DNA of 64,000 nucleotides from an uncultured Lachnospiraceae bacterium (GTDB lineage Bacteria; Bacillota; Clostridia; Lachnospirales; Lachnospiraceae): NCBI GenBank assembly GCA_947623805.1, contig CANQHZ010000004.1, positions 4,118 to 68,117 of the forward strand, read 5' to 3'. Shown piece by piece: positions 61,160 to 64,000 of this stretch (position 1 is its first letter; each line of letters starts with the position of its first letter). The notes under the pieces were generated by a model. It saw only the letters and a program-made list of their open reading frames with translations, ran no database searches and was not told where the DNA came from. The position numbers and the translations under genes were made by a program.

Positions 61160-61325
61160 GCCCGCACATAGCAATATATCCCATGAAGCCCGTTGGAATG
61201 CGTCGGTACTTAGCGAAACAAGCTGCAAAAGCGTAGCTCCTTTTGCAGCGCCGCTGAGCTTAGTACCGCTACGCTTTCCACTAAGCGCAAGCGGGGCTGA
61301 ATGGGATATATTGCTATGTGCGGGC
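61160..61325. repeat. 166-nt nested palindrome (rod-like hairpin)
   Basis: Perfect 25-bp terminal inverted repeat plus inner stems tggaa/ttcca, gcgt/acgc, cggtact/agtaccg and gctgcaaaag/cttttgcagc. Confidence 0.9.
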
Positions 61326-61353
61326 GACCCAGTGCCAATTAATCAAGCAACTG

Positions 61354-61944
61354 TCAAAGCGCCATCCTCATAAACACCCTATCACGCTCATCCTGCTCTA
61401 TCCCCAAATACCGTTTCGTTATAGCAAACGACGAATGATTATATATATTCATAATCAAAACCGACGAAACCTTATTCCGCGCAGCAAAATACCCAAAAGT
61501 CTTTCTCAACGAATGACAACCAATATTACCATCAATCCTCAATACCTGCGCAGCCGCCTTAATAATACGATATGCCTGCGAGCGACACAGCGGCTTGTTA
61601 GTGCTGCGCCTGCCCACAAATATATAACAATCCGCCCCTATTGACATATTCTTGTCATCGCAGTATTCCATCAACCTCTCCAATGCGCGGACCACTTCCT
61701 TATTTAAAAATACCTCATTTCTCTTATGCGTTTTTTTCTCAATGATTTCCAGATGCCGTCTAAAACCACGTTTTTTGAAGTCATAGACATCATTCCATTT
61801 TAAATTAAGAATATCGCTTATGCGCAAAGCCGTGTTTATCCCTACGCAGAAAAGCGCATAATTTCGTATCTCTTTTCTCCCTAAAAAGTATTTTTTCATA
61901 GCGTCGATTTTTCTCTTATCCTTGATTGGCGACATTGCTCCCAT
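61354..61944 (-). CDS. Catalytic-domain-only tyrosine recombinase
   Basis: NTALRISD, EKKT, HSLRKT, NH, TKRYLG; start 61944 with SD AAGGAGG. Confidence 0.92.
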   Translation of the reverse strand: MGAMSPIKDKRKIDAMKKYFLGRKEIRNYALFCVGINTALRISDILNLKWNDVYDFKKRGFRRHLEIIEKKTHKRNEVFLNKEVVRALERLMEYCDDKNMSIGADCYIFVGRRSTNKPLCRSQAYRIIKAAAQVLRIDGNIGCHSLRKTFGYFAARNKVSSVLIMNIYNHSSFAITKRYLGIEQDERDRVFMRMAL

Positions 61945-61984
61945 GATTTTTCCTCCTTTGATGCTTCCTTGCACCAGCAGTCTA

Positions 61985-61995
61985 ATTTTATCACA
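61985..61995 (-). promoter_or_regulatory. Extended -10 (TGTG-A-TAAAAT) promoter of the recombinase
   Basis: TRTG-extended -10 box inside the invertible segment, 40 bp upstream of the ATG. Confidence 0.55.
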
Positions 61996-62017
61996 AATTT
62001 GTTTGCTGCGAAATATC

Positions 62018-62049
62018 AAATGCGACATTTTAGACAAAATGTTGTATTT
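62018..62049. repeat. Right recombination-like site (AGAC core, inverted relative to the left site)
   Basis: aaatgcgacatttt-agac-aaaatgttgtattt. Confidence 0.88.
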
Positions 62050-62109
62050 CCCCAAAACATAAGTTTTTCAAAATGCATTAAAATCGTGGATAAAACAAGG
62101 AGTTTTTAT

Positions 62110-62328
62110 ATGTTAATGCTCACTGTGCCAAAAGAAGAATACCTGATGATAGGAAAAGATGTAAAGATTACTTTTTTGGGAGGGAATGACAGACAGTTTC
62201 GTGTGATGATAGATGCTCCTAAGGACGTAAATATCGCAAGGGGCAAGGCGATTAAGAAACGTGCAGCAAAGAGGGCCGCTAAAAAAGTCGCGGAGCGGCA
62301 ACCAGATGAAAATGTTCAGCAGGCATAA
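62110..62328 (+). CDS. Divergent CsrA-like carbon storage regulator
   Basis: MLMLTVPKEEYLMIGKDVKI...RVMIDAPKDVNIAR; SD AAGGAG; start moved from 61969. Confidence 0.75.
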   Translation: MLMLTVPKEEYLMIGKDVKITFLGGNDRQFRVMIDAPKDVNIARGKAIKKRAAKRAAKKVAERQPDENVQQA

Positions 62329-62452
62329 GAAAGTAAATCAGGAAATGATTTAAAGAAGTTAATAACCAGGGCTGTCTGTAAAAGCAGGCGCGCCAAGAGA
62401 CAGACAGCTTTGGATATTATAAATTAAAACTGAATAGAGAACAAAACAATCG

Positions 62453-62473
62453 GTGGAAAACGGAATTTTCCAC
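62453..62473 (+). promoter_or_regulatory. Putative CsrA-binding hairpin in the flagellin leader
   Basis: gtggaaaa-cGGAa-ttttccac stem-loop just upstream of the AAGGAGG SD. Confidence 0.6.
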
Positions 62474-62496
62474 GGCGAAAACAAGGAGGTAGTATT

Positions 62497-63945
62497 ATGG
62501 TAGTACAGCACAATTTACAGGCAATGAACTCTAACAGAATGTTAGGCATCACACAGGGCACATTATCAAAGTCCACAGAGAAGCTTTCTTCTGGTTACAA
62601 GATTAACCGTGCAGCAGATAACGCAGCAGGTCTTGCTATATCAGAGAAGATGAGAAAGCAGATTAGAGGACTTACACAGGCATCAGCAAACGCTGAGGAC
62701 GGTATCTCATCTGTACAGACAGCAGAAGGTGCATTGACAGAAGTACACGATATGCTTCAGAGAATGAACGAGCTTGCAGTACAGTCAGCAAACGGCACAA
62801 ACTCAGAAGATGACCGTCAATACATTCAGGACGAAATTGACCAGCTTACACAGGAAATTGACCGTGTAGCCGAAACAACTAAATTCAATGAAACATATCT
62901 CTTAAAGGGTGACGCAAGTAAGGATAAGGGTTATACATATGCGTATAAGACTGTTGGGGCAGCAATTCCAGCGACAGCTTCTTTTGCCAATAACTCACCT
63001 TCAGGTCTTGAGGTAAAAAGTATAGGTTTTAGCAAAGGTACTTCAGAAGAACAGAATGAGCTTTTAAAAGCGCTTCGCAATCAGGGTGTTACAATCAGCA
63101 CCTATACTGTTGCAGTTGGCGAAGGTAAAGACGCAACGGAAAAGGTATATTATGCACTTGAGCTTAACGGAAGCGATGCTAAGAGCAATTACAAGGTTCA
63201 GGTAAGTGGTGCGGATGCATCAACTGGTCAATTTAACATCGTTAATGCTGATAATGAAATAATAGCTACTATAGAAGTAGGTGGTAGCACCGAAGCAGGA
63301 AAGAGCGGAATAATCACAGCAACTACCATTACTGCGGCAAGAGTAGAGGGCGAGGTATATGCTTATTACGATAAGGATGGTAATAAGATAGCTGCCAATG
63401 CATTAGGTGATTATTTTACGGCAGACTCTAAGGGCACTCCTAGCGCAAGAGCAGATGCAAGAAAGGTGTATGATGCTGTAGGAAATGAGATTGGTTTGGA
63501 TGCTAAAAATGTAACTGCTACGAAGAACAAGACAGCAGCTCTTAACCTCAGATTCCATGTAGGCGCTGACGGCACAAATAACAACAAGATTTCTATTAAC
63601 ATTGACGCTCTCACAGCTAAGGGACTTGGCATCAATGGTTTGAAGGTTGACGGCAGCGACGGCACAAAGGCAACAGATGCAATCTCTGTTATCTCACAGG
63701 CAATCAAGATTGTATCTACACAGCGTTCAGCTCTCGGTGCAGTTCAGAACCGCTTAGAGCATACGATTAACAACCTCGACAACATCGTAGAGAATACAAC
63801 ATCTGCAGAGTCAGCAATCCGTGATACAGATATGGCTGATGAGATGGTTAGATACTCTAACAACAACATCCTTTCACAGGCAGGTCAGTCAATGCTTGCA
63901 CAGGCTAACCAGTCTAACCAGGGCGTACTTTCATTACTTGGCTAA
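62497..63945 (+). CDS. fliC: Flagellin
   Basis: MVVQHNLQAMNSNR...EKLSSGYKINRAADNAAGL; C-terminal LGAVQNRLEH...IRDTDMADEM...VLSLLG. Confidence 0.98.
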   Translation: MVVQHNLQAMNSNRMLGITQGTLSKSTEKLSSGYKINRAADNAAGLAISEKMRKQIRGLTQASANAEDGISSVQTAEGALTEVHDMLQRMNELAVQSANGTNSEDDRQYIQDEIDQLTQEIDRVAETTKFNETYLLKGDASKDKGYTYAYKTVGAAIPATASFANNSPSGLEVKSIGFSKGTSEEQNELLKALRNQGVTISTYTVAVGEGKDATEKVYYALELNGSDAKSNYKVQVSGADASTGQFNIVNADNEIIATIEVGGSTEAGKSGIITATTITAARVEGEVYAYYDKDGNKIAANALGDYFTADSKGTPSARADARKVYDAVGNEIGLDAKNVTATKNKTAALNLRFHVGADGTNNNKISINIDALTAKGLGINGLKVDGSDGTKATDAISVISQAIKIVSTQRSALGAVQNRLEHTINNLDNIVENTTSAESAIRDTDMADEMVRYSNNNILSQAGQSMLAQANQSNQGVLSLLG

Positions 63946-64000
63946 TCGACATTCCGGGGAGTTTAAAACAGCAAACCATAACTATAGAAGGGGCTGTCGC

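Larger units (their letters stand above)
60998..62049. mobile_element. Putative invertible DNA segment carrying its own tyrosine recombinase and an outward sigma-28 promoter
   Basis: Inverted 32-bp palindromic sites with an asymmetric core flank the recombinase gene, its promoter and the sigma-28 promoter. Confidence 0.78.

Overview
This window looks like a Lachnospiraceae-type (Firmicutes) chromosome, judged from its gene content and protein style. It divides into seven blocks. (1) 1-9.2 kb is a minus-strand surface-glycan locus (methyltransferase, SDR epimerases, radical SAM, a DmhA/DmhB-like deoxyheptose pair, GT4 and a 5'-truncated GT2). Two self-promoted cassettes flanked by related inverted repeats interrupt it: a PIN toxin-antitoxin pair and an AAA/PD-(D/E)XK gene. 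(2) 9.3-10.6 kb is a lone tyrosine integrase. (3) 10.6-20.3 kb holds housekeeping and signalling genes (sua5, rpiB, upp, cell-wall hydrolase, FHA-PP2C-Ser/Thr kinase, DUF402, Hpt, REC-HD-GYP). (4) 20.4-32.6 kb is accessory: an Rpn nuclease with a likely internal antitoxin start, a kinase-STAND-TPR protein, and surface proteins, several behind copies of one 33-bp promoter. (5) 32.9-50.0 kb is an AT-rich co-oriented island with two nuclease toxin/immunity pairs, an ABC transporter, ExbB plus three ExbD-like proteins, a dynamin-like GTPase, a HerA-like ATPase with a long Ser/Thr-rich insert, and a zincin. Two of the putative effectors share an N-terminal motif. (6) 50.3-52.8 kb has two hicAB modules and an internally deleted Fic gene. 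(7) 53-64 kb has a complete F1Fo ATP synthase operon with a Na+ signature, then a ~1.05 kb segment bounded by 32-bp inverted recombination-like sites. That segment carries its own tyrosine recombinase and a sigma-28 promoter that currently points away from csrA-like and flagellin genes, so it is a candidate flagellar phase-variation switch in the OFF state. All family assignments come from motif recognition by eye; no database searches were run.
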